This document shows positions 37,795 through 47,187 of a stretch of DNA of 58,947 nucleotides, piece after piece. The notes beneath the pieces were generated by a model that searched no databases, was not told the DNA's origin, and saw only the letters and a list, made by a program, of their open reading frames with translations. The stretch's first letter is position 1; every line of letters begins with the position of its first letter. Source of the stretch: an uncultured Bacilli bacterium (GTDB taxonomy: Bacteria; Bacillota_I; Bacilli_A; RF39; UBA660); assembly GCA_947631045.1 (NCBI GenBank), contig CANRJV010000002.1, positions 1 to 58,947 of the forward strand, in the 5' to 3' direction. The position numbers were made by a program, and so were the translations under genes.

Positions 37795-38445
37795 ATGAAG
37801 GATATAGTATACTGTTTAGTGTTAGAAAGAAAAATTGGCGATGTTAATCCGATTGAATGTCAAGAACTTGATATTTGTAAAAATTCTGGTCTTGAAGTTC
37901 ATAACGATTTACTTAGCATTGATTTATTTACTAGTAGATTTACGGAAAATGAAATTAGAAAATCAATTGAAAATAGTAATATGCCAAGACCGGAATTTTC
38001 GAAATTTCCATTAGTTATTTATGGTTATGTTAAACATGGTGATAATTTAAAAAGAGTTCAAAGATTTCCAGTTACTTATAAAAATAATATTGAAGTTATA
38101 AATGGCTTTAGAGGTAATGAAGTTCGATTTGACCAAAATAGTAATAATAAATTATTTGGAGAATTTAAAAGAATCGTTGAAAGATTATTTACTGATGAAG
38201 CGATTATTAAAACTTTAATTGATAATTTTAAAACGGCTTTGAAAGAAAATAATAAAGAAAAAATATTTAGTTTGATTGATGAAATTGCTCAAAGCTCTTA
38301 TTCCAAAGCAAGAGAAATCTATTTGACTATCTATAATTTAGAAATTAATCGTAAAGAAAATAACATTTTAGATATAAATGAATTTAGAAATATTGAATAT
38401 TTAGATAAAGAAAGAACTTTAAAGAAATTGGATGATGCTTCCTAG
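37795..38445 (+). CDS. hypothetical protein
   Basis: 216 aa from ATG 37795 (RBS AAAGGGGA). The track start at 37738 is actually the promoter -35. No recognised motif. Confidence 0.65.
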   Translation: MKDIVYCLVLERKIGDVNPIECQELDICKNSGLEVHNDLLSIDLFTSRFTENEIRKSIENSNMPRPEFSKFPLVIYGYVKHGDNLKRVQRFPVTYKNNIEVINGFRGNEVRFDQNSNNKLFGEFKRIVERLFTDEAIIKTLIDNFKTALKENNKEKIFSLIDEIAQSSYSKAREIYLTIYNLEINRKENNILDINEFRNIEYLDKERTLKKLDDAS

Positions 38446-38543
38446 TCATCTAATTTTTTTTAATTAAATATTTCTAACGGTAATAATTGTAAACCCAAAC
38501 CATTTATGTTATTATATTACTTGTATTTAAGGAGATATTTCTA

Positions 38544-40388
38544 ATGAAAGCTAAAAAAATAGCAATTTTAAAAGAAGAATATATTAAAGGGGATATGCAA
38601 CAATATGGACTAGAATGTTATTGTTCTGATTTGGCTCGTTTAACTGGCGTTTCCTATAGTGGAACAAATGGTTTTGGGGAATATTGGTTTGATGGTAAGC
38701 ATGTTATTAATAAAAAGAATAAAAATGCTATTACTAATATGAATTATATTAATAGTAATGGAGCCTCATCTTCAACATTTAAAACCGATTACAAATCAGG
38801 GGTCAGAATTGCTATTTCTTTTGATGATATCGAAGATTTTGATTTAAGTAAACTCGAAAATTTAAATCTTGAATACCCCTTAACAATTATCGGAGGGCGA
38901 GTTGGAGAAACCATTAATAAATTATTTGAAAATAAAAGCAAATTGATTATTACAACGGGAAGAATCTATGATATAGATGGCAAAAAATATCGAGAATATG
39001 AAGCTTTTGGTTTAAGATTTATCAGAATGAAAAATAAAACTAAATCAAAAGTATTAAGTGATGGAACAATAAGTAAAGAAGATACCGATGTTTATTTAAA
39101 AGTTGAGAGTATTCCTTTAGATATTGATGAAAAAGCGAAATTAGCATATTCAAAAGTTATTTTATTTGGTTCTCTTTTTGATAAAAATGGTAATGAATTT
39201 ATTAATAGTGATTTAAATAAATATTTAAACCAAGATTTTTTAAAAAGTGTTAATGATGAATTAGAACATGCCAAACCATCATTAGTATTTGATAGTGAAG
39301 TTAAAGAAGGTAATAATCGTTATGGTTTTGATTTTACCCCGTTAACGGAAGAAGAAATAATGGTAATATGTATGAAATGCAATATTGCGGTGTTTTTACA
39401 CGGTAAAACGGGAGTTGGAAAAACTGAAAGATTGCTTTCCTTAGATCCAAATTTAGAATTAATTGATTTTGGTTGTACTAGTTCTGATGGTTTTACGGGG
39501 ATTGTTGCTAAAGACTTTAATTCCAAAGAATTATTTTTATATGAGCCATATTGGTATAAAAGTTTATGTAAAAAATGTGAAGAAGAACCAGATATATTAC
39601 ATATTTTGTTTTTAGATGAATTAACTAATGCTAAAAATGATATTCACAAAGTAGCTTTTGAAGTAACTTTAAATAAAACTCTTACCAATTGTGGCTTTAG
39701 ATTAAAACTACCGAAAAATGCAGTTGTATGTGCGGCTGGTAATGAAGCCAGTGAATCCCGATCAGCAAGCGCTTTAAGTGAACCCTTATTTGGACGTTAT
39801 GCCCATGTTTATATAGATACTGATTCCGAAGAATGGTTAAAGTGGGCTTTAAAAAGAAAAAAAGAAGGAAAAAAATTAGAATATAAAGAGCAACCAGAGA
39901 CAAATAAAATCCATCCCGCTATTCTTGATTATATAAGAGTTAATGGTGATAAAGTATTAAGAACCGAATATGATGGCATAAATCCTAATGCTGATCCGAG
40001 AAAATGGGCATTAGCATCAAAAGCCTTATATCAATGTAATAATCCTCAGGTTCTTAGAGCTTTTATTGGTGAAAGCTTAACTCAAGATTTTATAAAATTT
40101 TGTAAGATGAATTTAATAACTGTTGAAGATGTTTTAAATGATAGATGTAACATAGATGAGATACCTTTTGATCCTTCTCTAAGATGGTATACAACGATAT
40201 GTTTAAGTACAGTTGATGATGATAATGTTGATAAAGTAAGAGAATTTGTCAGAAAATTAGGTAAAGAATTCTTAGCAGTTTTTGATTATGAATGGTCTAA
40301 AGATGATAATCAAAGAATTATGAAATTATATAATCAATCAGTTGAAGAGTCTCTTATGAGAAAGTTAGTGCCTAATGGAAATAAATAG
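38544..40388 (+). CDS. AAA_5/MoxR-type ATPase with a ~280-aa N-terminal domain of unknown function
   Basis: 614 aa. Walker A GKTGVGKT (~39400-39425), Walker B ILFLDELTNA, sensor AAGNE, LSEPLFGRYAHV (Arg finger region). Own promoter TTGTAA-17-TATTAT upstream. Confidence 0.85.
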   Translation: MKAKKIAILKEEYIKGDMQQYGLECYCSDLARLTGVSYSGTNGFGEYWFDGKHVINKKNKNAITNMNYINSNGASSSTFKTDYKSGVRIAISFDDIEDFDLSKLENLNLEYPLTIIGGRVGETINKLFENKSKLIITTGRIYDIDGKKYREYEAFGLRFIRMKNKTKSKVLSDGTISKEDTDVYLKVESIPLDIDEKAKLAYSKVILFGSLFDKNGNEFINSDLNKYLNQDFLKSVNDELEHAKPSLVFDSEVKEGNNRYGFDFTPLTEEEIMVICMKCNIAVFLHGKTGVGKTERLLSLDPNLELIDFGCTSSDGFTGIVAKDFNSKELFLYEPYWYKSLCKKCEEEPDILHILFLDELTNAKNDIHKVAFEVTLNKTLTNCGFRLKLPKNAVVCAAGNEASESRSASALSEPLFGRYAHVYIDTDSEEWLKWALKRKKEGKKLEYKEQPETNKIHPAILDYIRVNGDKVLRTEYDGINPNADPRKWALASKALYQCNNPQVLRAFIGESLTQDFIKFCKMNLITVEDVLNDRCNIDEIPFDPSLRWYTTICLSTVDDDNVDKVREFVRKLGKEFLAVFDYEWSKDDNQRIMKLYNQSVEESLMRKLVPNGNK

Positions 40389-41571
40389 TATTATTAAAAA
40401 ACTATTAATAAGATATCCTTTATTTGGGAATATTATTGTTAATTTAAATTTTAAATTTAGTAATTGGTCATTTCATGCTCCGGCCTTTACCGATGGAAGA
40501 AGTATTTTTTATAATCAAGATTTTATCGATAATTATTCTGATGAGAAAAAAGAATTTATTCTGGCCCATGAGATATTTCATGTTGCTTTAAATCATTTAT
40601 TTAGAAATGTGGGAAGAGACAAATATTTGCTAAATTTTGTTGAAGATGCAATTATTAATCAGTTATTAGTAAGAGATGGTTTGGTAATGCCTGAAGGAGT
40701 TGTTGATATTCCTGATGCCCTTGATTATTCGGTCGAAGAGTTATATATGAAATATTTGTCTCAATTAAATGAGATTAGAGAATGGATGGGGGCTAATACT
40801 TTTCACGCGGAAATAGCTGATTTAGAAGAGTGGCTAAATGGCATTTATAATAAAGATTTACAAGATTTAATGAATGAAAATAGTGAATTAAGAAGCGAAT
40901 TATTAGATGATTTTCAAGAAGAATTAAAAAGAAAGGCGCAATATGGGAATGTGACTTTGGGAATGGAATTTCCTAATGTCAAAGTTGGTAAATCTACTCC
41001 TCTTTTGTATTGGAAAGAATTATTAAGAGCTAACATAGTTACACCAGATGAAATAACAACTGCTTTTTATGAAGTAGAAATGGATGGAATAATTAAAAAA
41101 GAAGGAAAACCCGCTACTTCATTTTCCGAAAGTGAGATTATTATTGATACAAGTGGGTCTATGAGTATGGCCAAAATAAAAGTTATTTTAAGAGAATGTA
41201 AAAACATTTTATCAGCAAGCCATATAAAAGTTGGTTTTTGTGATACTGAGTTTTATGGTTGGCATGATATAAGAAATGATGCCGATATCGATAATTTACA
41301 AATTATTGGTCGAGGCGGCACGGATTTTCAAGTTATGGCTGATAGTTTTTCTAAAGATGCTGATAATAAAATTGTTATAACTGATGGCGAAAGTTTTTTT
41401 CCAACAAATCGCCCAGATATTTTATGGGTTATTCTGAATTATTCTTTGCCATTTGCTTTATCTAATAACCCATCAAGAGAAAATATCAATTATATATTTA
41501 TTAATGAAAGAGATATATCTCTTTCAACGATGAAAAGAAAATTGATTTTTGAAAGAAAACCAAATAAGTGA
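40375..41571 (+). CDS. DUF2201-type protein: N-terminal putative metallopeptidase (HExxH) plus C-terminal VWA-like domain
   Basis: 398 aa. AHEIFHVALNH (HEIFH at nt 40567-40581), AIINQ. MIDAS-like DTSGSMS (nt 41146-), GRGGTDF, ITDGES. Overlaps the ATPase gene by 14 nt. Confidence 0.85.
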   Translation: MEINSIIKKLLIRYPLFGNIIVNLNFKFSNWSFHAPAFTDGRSIFYNQDFIDNYSDEKKEFILAHEIFHVALNHLFRNVGRDKYLLNFVEDAIINQLLVRDGLVMPEGVVDIPDALDYSVEELYMKYLSQLNEIREWMGANTFHAEIADLEEWLNGIYNKDLQDLMNENSELRSELLDDFQEELKRKAQYGNVTLGMEFPNVKVGKSTPLLYWKELLRANIVTPDEITTAFYEVEMDGIIKKEGKPATSFSESEIIIDTSGSMSMAKIKVILRECKNILSASHIKVGFCDTEFYGWHDIRNDADIDNLQIIGRGGTDFQVMADSFSKDADNKIVITDGESFFPTNRPDILWVILNYSLPFALSNNPSRENINYIFINERDISLSTMKRKLIFERKPNK

Positions 41572-41583
41572 TATAATTTAAAT

Positions 41584-42477
41584 ATGAAAATAGAAGAGGC
41601 TATTAAAAAGTATTTAGAATATATTATTAAAGAATTAAATTATTCTTCTTTAACCAAAGTAGATTATCAAAGCGATTTAAAAATATATGAAGAATATTTA
41701 AAAAGAAGAAATTTAAATTATTTAAATATAACTAAAAAAGACATTTTAGATTATTTAAAGTTTTTAGATGATCATAAATATAGTAATAAAAGTATTTCGC
41801 GAAACTTAAGTACCTTAAGAAGTTTTTATACTTATTTAGTCGAGGTTAAAGTAACTCCCGAAAATGTTTTTAGGAGAGTACATAATCCTAAAGTTGAAAA
41901 AAAATTACCTAATTTCTTAAATACTGTCGAAGTGGAAAATATATTAGATAGTATAAGGGAAGATACCAAAGAAAATATTAGGGATAAATGTCTTTTTGAA
42001 CTTTTATATTCAACGGGATTACGAGTTAGTGAATTATCTGATTTAAAATTAAAGGCCATTGATTTAACAGATAAATCGATTCGAGTTATGGGTAAAGGGA
42101 GTAAAGAGCGAATTGTTTATTTTGGCGATTATGCTTTTAAATTATTACAAGAATATTTAAGTATTCGAGAAGAGTTTTTAAAAAAAGGCGAAATAGATTA
42201 TTTATTTATTAATAAAATTGGGGGTAAATTAAGTAGACAAAGTATTGAAGGAATTATTGAGAGAATTTCTAAGAAATATTCTCTTAATCATAAATTTTCT
42301 CCCCATACTTTAAGACATACATTTGCCACCCATTTACTTGATGAAGGAGCCGATATTAGAAGTGTTCAAGAACTATTGGGACATGAAAATTTAGATACTA
42401 CGGAAATATATACGCATGTTAGTAATGAACGTTTAAGGGAGGCTTATTTAAAATATCATCCTAATAAAGACAGATAA
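41584..42477 (+). CDS. XerC/XerD-family tyrosine recombinase
   Basis: 297 aa. SAM-like N-domain, catalytic R...HTLRHTFATHLL...GHENLDTTEIYTHV. Confidence 0.9.
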   Translation: MKIEEAIKKYLEYIIKELNYSSLTKVDYQSDLKIYEEYLKRRNLNYLNITKKDILDYLKFLDDHKYSNKSISRNLSTLRSFYTYLVEVKVTPENVFRRVHNPKVEKKLPNFLNTVEVENILDSIREDTKENIRDKCLFELLYSTGLRVSELSDLKLKAIDLTDKSIRVMGKGSKERIVYFGDYAFKLLQEYLSIREEFLKKGEIDYLFINKIGGKLSRQSIEGIIERISKKYSLNHKFSPHTLRHTFATHLLDEGADIRSVQELLGHENLDTTEIYTHVSNERLREAYLKYHPNKDR

Positions 42478-42506
42478 AAAGTGTTAAAGAAGCACTTTTT
42501 TCTTTT
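42477..42506 (+). terminator. rho-independent terminator
   Basis: AAAAGTG/CACTTTT stem followed by a T-run. Confidence 0.6.
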
Positions 42507-42550
42507 GCTTACCTTTATTCTATGATAAAATAAAGTCTAGGAGGCTAAAA

Positions 42551-45190
42551 ATGAAAAAATATGTATATTTATTTAGTGAAGGAAATAAAGATATGCGCGA
42601 TATCTTGGGTGGCAAAGGTGCTAATTTAGCTGAAATGACTAATTTAGGTTTACCTATTCCTCAAGGTTTTACTATTTCTACCGAAGCTTGTATTAATTAT
42701 TATGATAATGGTAAAAAAGTTAGTAAAGAAATAGAAGAAGAAATATTATCTTCAATGAAAAAATTAGAAGAGATAGCAGGGAAAAAATTTGGTGATGAAA
42801 ATGAACCCCTTTTAGTATCAGTAAGAAGTGGAGCAAGAGCTAGTATGCCAGGAATGATGGATACTATTCTTAATCTAGGTCTTAATGATAAATCAGTAGA
42901 GGGATTTGCTAAAAGTAGTGGTAATCCCCGTTTTGCTTATGATTCTTATCGGAGATTTATTCAAATGTATTCCGATGTTGTTATGGAAGTAAATAAATCT
43001 TTCTTTGAAAAAATTATTGATGAATTAAAGAAAGAAAAAGGCGTCGTTTATGATACGGAACTTGATACCGATGATTTAAAAGAATTAATTAAAAGATTTA
43101 AAAAAGTATATAGTGATAATATGAACGGAGAGGAATTTCCTCAAGATGTTCATACTCAATTACTAGAAGCTGTTAAAGCGGTATTCCGCTCTTGGGATAA
43201 TCCACGGGCTATTGTTTATAGAAGAATGAATGATATTCCAAGTAGTTGGGGAACAGCCGTTAATGTTCAAAGAATGGTCTTTGGTAATATGGGTAATACT
43301 TCTGGTACTGGTGTAGCATTCACAAGAAACCCCGCTACGGGTGAAAAAGGTATTTATGGTGAATACTTAATTAACGCCCAAGGTGAAGATGTAGTTGCGG
43401 GCGTTAGAACTCCAGAGCCAATTACTAAATTACAAGAAGATTTACCAGAATGTTATGAAGAATTTATGAGTCTTGCTCAAAAACTAGAAGATCATTATGC
43501 GGATATGCAAGATATGGAATTTACAATTGAAAATGGTAAATTATATTTCTTACAAACTAGAAATGGTAAAAGAACGGCTTATGCAGCCATTAAAATTGCT
43601 TGTGATTTAGTTGATGAAGGCAAAATTAGTGAAGAAGAAGCCTTAATGAGAATTGATGCCAAAAGTCTAGATCAATTACTTCATCCAACTTTTAATCCTG
43701 ATGAATTAAAGAAAGCTGAGTGTATTGGTGAAGCCTTACCAGCATCTCCAGGAGCTGCTGCTGGTAAAGTTGTCTTTACGGCTGAAGATGCCAAAAAATT
43801 AGGTAAAGGCGGTCAAGGCGAAAGAGTTGTTTTAGTAAGACTGGAAACAACACCAGAAGACATCGAAGGTATGGTTGCTAGCCAAGGTATTTTAACTGTT
43901 CGAGGTGGTAGAACTAGTCATGCCGCTGTTGTTGCTCGAGGTATGGGTACTTGTTGTGTTGCTGGTTGTGGAGCTATTACCATTGATGAAGAAAAGAAAG
44001 AATTTGAATTAGGTGGTTATACCTTTAAAGAAGGCGATTATATTTCTTTAGATGGTAATACTGGTAAAATATATAAAGGCGATGTTAAAACTAGTGATGC
44101 TAAAGTAGCAGGTGATTTTGGTCGAATTATGGCTTGGGCTGATAAATATCGTCGCTTAGGTGTTCGAACTAACGCTGATAATCCAAGAGATACTTTAAAA
44201 GCTATTGAACTTGGAGCTGAAGGTATTGGTTTATGTCGGACTGAGCATATGTTCTTTGAAAGTGACCGAATTCCAAAAATCAGAAAAATGATTTTAGCTA
44301 ATACGAAAGAAGAAAGAGAAAAAGCCTTAAATGAATTGATTCCTTTCCAAAAGAATGACTTTAAAGCCATGTATAAAGAATTAAAAGGTCTACCAATGAC
44401 AGTTCGTTATTTGGATCCACCTTTACATGAATTCTTACCAACTACGGAAGAAGAAATTAAAGAACTTTCTAAAGATATGGGCGTATCTGTTCAAGATATT
44501 AAAAATAAATGTAGTGAACTTCATGAATTTAACCCAATGATGGGCCACAGAGGTTGCCGATTAGCTGTTACTTATCCCGAAATAGCTAAAATGCAAACCA
44601 GAGCTTTAATGGAAGCCGCAATTGAAGTCAAAGAAGAAGATGGCTATGATATTACGCCAGAAATCATGATTCCTTTAGTTGGGGAAGTTAAAGAATTAAA
44701 ATTTGTTAAAGATATTGTTGTGGAAACTGCGGAAGAAGTTAAGAAAGAAAAACATAGCGATATGAAATATCATATTGGTACAATGATTGAAATTCCAAGA
44801 GCAGCACTTACAGCTGATAAAATTGCGGAAGAAGCTGAATTCTTCTCATTCGGTACCAATGATTTAACGCAAATGACTTTTGGTTTTTCTCGAGATGATG
44901 CGGCTAAATTCTTAGATGCTTATTATCAAAATAAAATTTATGAAATTGATCCATTTGCTAAACTTGACCAAACTGGTGTTGGAGCTTTAGTTAAAATGGC
45001 TGCTGAAAAAGGCCGTAGTGTTAGAAAAGATATCCATTTAGGAATTTGTGGTGAACATGGTGGTGAACCAAGTAGTATTGAATTCTGCCATAAAGTTGGT
45101 TTAGATTATGTATCTTGCTCACCATTTAGAGTTCCAATTGCCAGACTTGCTGCTGCGCAAGCTGCTATACGCGAGCATGAGAACAAATAG
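42551..45190 (+). CDS. ppdK: pyruvate, phosphate dikinase
   Basis: 879 aa. GGKGANLAEM, phospho-His region GGRTSHAAVVARG, PEP-utilising C-terminal TIM barrel (GTNDLTQ). Confidence 0.97.
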   Translation: MKKYVYLFSEGNKDMRDILGGKGANLAEMTNLGLPIPQGFTISTEACINYYDNGKKVSKEIEEEILSSMKKLEEIAGKKFGDENEPLLVSVRSGARASMPGMMDTILNLGLNDKSVEGFAKSSGNPRFAYDSYRRFIQMYSDVVMEVNKSFFEKIIDELKKEKGVVYDTELDTDDLKELIKRFKKVYSDNMNGEEFPQDVHTQLLEAVKAVFRSWDNPRAIVYRRMNDIPSSWGTAVNVQRMVFGNMGNTSGTGVAFTRNPATGEKGIYGEYLINAQGEDVVAGVRTPEPITKLQEDLPECYEEFMSLAQKLEDHYADMQDMEFTIENGKLYFLQTRNGKRTAYAAIKIACDLVDEGKISEEEALMRIDAKSLDQLLHPTFNPDELKKAECIGEALPASPGAAAGKVVFTAEDAKKLGKGGQGERVVLVRLETTPEDIEGMVASQGILTVRGGRTSHAAVVARGMGTCCVAGCGAITIDEEKKEFELGGYTFKEGDYISLDGNTGKIYKGDVKTSDAKVAGDFGRIMAWADKYRRLGVRTNADNPRDTLKAIELGAEGIGLCRTEHMFFESDRIPKIRKMILANTKEEREKALNELIPFQKNDFKAMYKELKGLPMTVRYLDPPLHEFLPTTEEEIKELSKDMGVSVQDIKNKCSELHEFNPMMGHRGCRLAVTYPEIAKMQTRALMEAAIEVKEEDGYDITPEIMIPLVGEVKELKFVKDIVVETAEEVKKEKHSDMKYHIGTMIEIPRAALTADKIAEEAEFFSFGTNDLTQMTFGFSRDDAAKFLDAYYQNKIYEIDPFAKLDQTGVGALVKMAAEKGRSVRKDIHLGICGEHGGEPSSIEFCHKVGLDYVSCSPFRVPIARLAAAQAAIREHENK

Positions 45191-45307
45191 TCCGTAAAGG
45201 CGTTCTACATTAATTATAGAATTGCTAATAAATAATTATGTTAGAAGATTTTGTGATAATTAGAAGTTAAAATTAAATAACTCAAAAAAATTATATAAAT
45301 TAAAATT

Positions 45308-45341
45308 AGACTGAGATTTTAAATAATCTTAGTCTTTTTTT
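45308..45341 (+). terminator. rho-independent terminator after ppdK
   Basis: 11-bp stem AGACTGAGATT/AATCTTAGTCT (one G-U pair), 5-nt loop, T7. Confidence 0.8.
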
Positions 45342-45422
45342 GTTAAAAATTGTATTTTTTGCGACAAATTTAAGAAGGTAAAAAAATGCGATAAATAATT
45401 TTTTAATTCAATCTAAATAAGA

Positions 45423-46064
45423 ATGATAATTGATATTGAACATTATTTAAAAATAAGAATATTAAACAGCATAGAGAAAATAGATGAAGAAGACGGATAC
45501 AATATTGTAAATTTATATCTTGATAAAGATTATAATGATGAACATTTTCCTAAAAGAGTGCATGATAGCATTATGAAGAAAGTATCTAATGAATATTATA
45601 AAAAAATATTTTCAAAGTATGATCTAGATAAAGATAAAAAACTTGAAAATATTCCAATATGGGAGTTTTTAGAAATAATAACTTTTGGAGAATTGATAAA
45701 CTTTTTTGAATTTTTTACTACTCATTATAATTTAGAAGATAAAAAATATGTATTTATTTTAAGAGAAGTAAATAAACTTAGAAATGCAGTAGCTCATAAT
45801 TCTTGTGTATTATCTGACCTTGATAAAAAAGATAATACCCATAGACCAGATATTTTAATTATTAACTACTTAAAAGATTGTGGCATAGGAAAAGAAAATA
45901 GAGATAATAAACTAAAAAATTCAAGAATAAGACAAATAACTTATACTTTATATTTATTTAATATTATTGTAAGCAGCGATGGAGTAAAAAGAAATGTTAA
46001 TCATGAAATTAGTAAATTATTTTATGTAATAGGAAAGTCATGCAGGAAGAGGAATATATATTGA
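45423..46064 (+). pseudogene. Abi_2 (AbiD/AbiF-like) abortive-infection gene remnant
   Basis: FGELINFF...KLRNAVAHNSCVL matches the Abi_2 LRN..AH core. The ORF lacks the usual N-terminal ~70-100 aa. Its last 10 codons (GKSCRKRNIY) are IS-derived. Confidence 0.65.
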
Positions 46065-46540
46065 CACTCATTTGTTCGCGTAGTATAATTATATTATCTA
46101 GGAGGTAATGGTTGCGTTAGTGAGTTTATAAATTTAGAATGTATCCAAATAGTGAATAAATAGAGTTAATAAATAAAACTATCGGTTGTTCAAGACTTGT
46201 ATATAATATAATGCTAAGTAAGAAAAAAGAAAATTCTAAACTTAGTAAGTATAAGCGATATGATAAAAGAAGCAAATAAATCTCTTAGAAGAAAAATTCT
46301 TAATACTACAATGAGTGACATAATAAGAAGACTAAAATATAAGAGTCAATGGTTAAATAAAAAATTAATACAAGTAAATAGATATTATGCCATTAGTCAG
46401 ATATGTAAGATATATCAAAAATAAAAAAGAAAAATAAAAACAAGTACGGCAGCGACTGTCGGAAATATGGCCTGTGGAGGAGTGAAATCCTATGAAGCAG
46501 GAAAGATAAGCCGTGAGGCTTATCAAGGTGAAACGAAATA
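46030..46540 (+). mobile_element. decayed IS605-family tnpB-only element (left end, internal promoter, frameshifted/deleted tnpB, C-terminal/omega-RNA region)
   Basis: 46030-46160 aligns with 58817-58947 (TAGGAAAGTCA.GCA..AAGAGGAATA.A.ATTGACA...TCTAGGAGGTAATGGTTG.GTTAG...TATAAATTTAGAATGTATCCAAAT). Contains YKFRMYPN..LINKTIGCSRLVYN fragments. The GC-rich 46441-46540 reads TAATVGNMACGG...EAGK, like a TnpB C-terminus. Only ~0.5 kb remains. The right end is approximate. Confidence 0.7.
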
Positions 46541-46686
46541 AATTTATTTATTGAGTCTTACTTTTTGTTCTGGAAGAATAATTCTTAATAGAAAATACTA
46601 TACTAATAATGAACTACTTAAATCCATTTATCAATATTTTGATAAAATAATTGAAAAAAATTATAAAGAAATTTTGGATGAGTAGT

Positions 46687-46785
46687 TTGACATAGATATA
46701 ATTTTGTGATATATTATCTATGCAAGGAAAAAATGTTAAATCATTTTTGCAAGGGGTCTATTTTAGGATAGAGCCCTATTTTTCT
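46687..46785 (+). ncRNA. candidate small transcription unit (promoter plus ~65-nt RNA plus terminator-like hairpin)
   Basis: TTGACA (46687-46692), 17 nt, TGaTATATT (46707-46715). Hairpin GGGGTCTAT/ATAGAGCCC (one mismatch) at 46753-46776 followed by a T-run. Confidence 0.3.
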
Positions 46786-46962
46786 GCAATAAATTCTTAG
46801 TTTTGTATATTTTATAGCAATCTTATTCATCCCGAATGAGATAGTGGCACAAGCTGCAATTAATGAAAAAAATGCTAAATAACCTTATAAATTGTTAAAT
46901 TTTATTGACTTTATATCAAGAATAAATAATTTATAGATGAATATACTACTTATGTATACTAT

Positions 46963-46991
46963 TTGACATTTTCATAAAAATATAGTATATT
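46963..46991 (+). promoter_or_regulatory. promoter of the type III antitoxin RNA / toxin operon
   Basis: TTGACA (46963-46968), 17 nt, TATATT (46986-46991). Confidence 0.6.
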
Positions 46992-47013
46992 TATATTGCA
47001 CTTGAAAAAGTGT

Positions 47014-47119
47014 GAAAATGTTTTTCGCTTCTGGATGGTGCGAATAATAAATGATTCCAGGCGACAATGTTTTTCGCTTCCAGGTGGTGCGACTAATAAA
47101 TGATCCTGGGTGAAAATGT
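47014..47119 (+). ncRNA. type III antitoxin-like RNA: two 49-nt tandem repeats plus an 8-nt partial third
   Basis: Units at 47014-47062 and 47063-47111; GAAAATGT recurs at 47112. The internal 5-bp helix is preserved by compensatory changes (unit 1 CTGGA/TCCAG, unit 2 CCAGG/CCTGG). Confidence 0.7.
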
Positions 47120-47122
47120 AGA

Positions 47123-47155
47123 AAAACTCTATCGTAAGATGGAGTTTTCTTTTGC
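47123..47155 (+). terminator. terminator between the antitoxin repeats and the toxin gene
   Basis: AAAACTC (47123-47129) pairs with GAGTTTT (47142-47148), followed by CTTTTGCTTT. Confidence 0.55.
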
Positions 47156-47187
47156 TTTATGGTATACTTTTTATGGAGTTGATGACT

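Noticed and set aside
41584-42477. The tyrosine recombinase as the integrase of an element carrying the AAA/VWA pair.
   Set aside because: Its size and motifs are equally those of housekeeping XerC/XerD, and I found no flanking att-like direct repeats. It is left as a hypothesis inside the synteny finding.
46790-46960. Recurring CTGCAAT(A/T)AAT motifs and a small hairpin (TCAT-CCCGA-ATGA) between the sRNA-like unit and the type III promoter, considered as a retron-like msr/msd or another antitoxin RNA.
   Set aside because: The repeats are direct, not inverted. No RT gene is adjacent, and the stems are very short and AT-rich. This is most likely decayed intergenic or IS-flank sequence.
47014-47119. 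The tandem repeats as a CRISPR array.
   Set aside because: There are only two contiguous 49-nt units with no spacers, followed by a terminator and a small toxin gene. This is the type III TA layout, and no cas genes are in the window.
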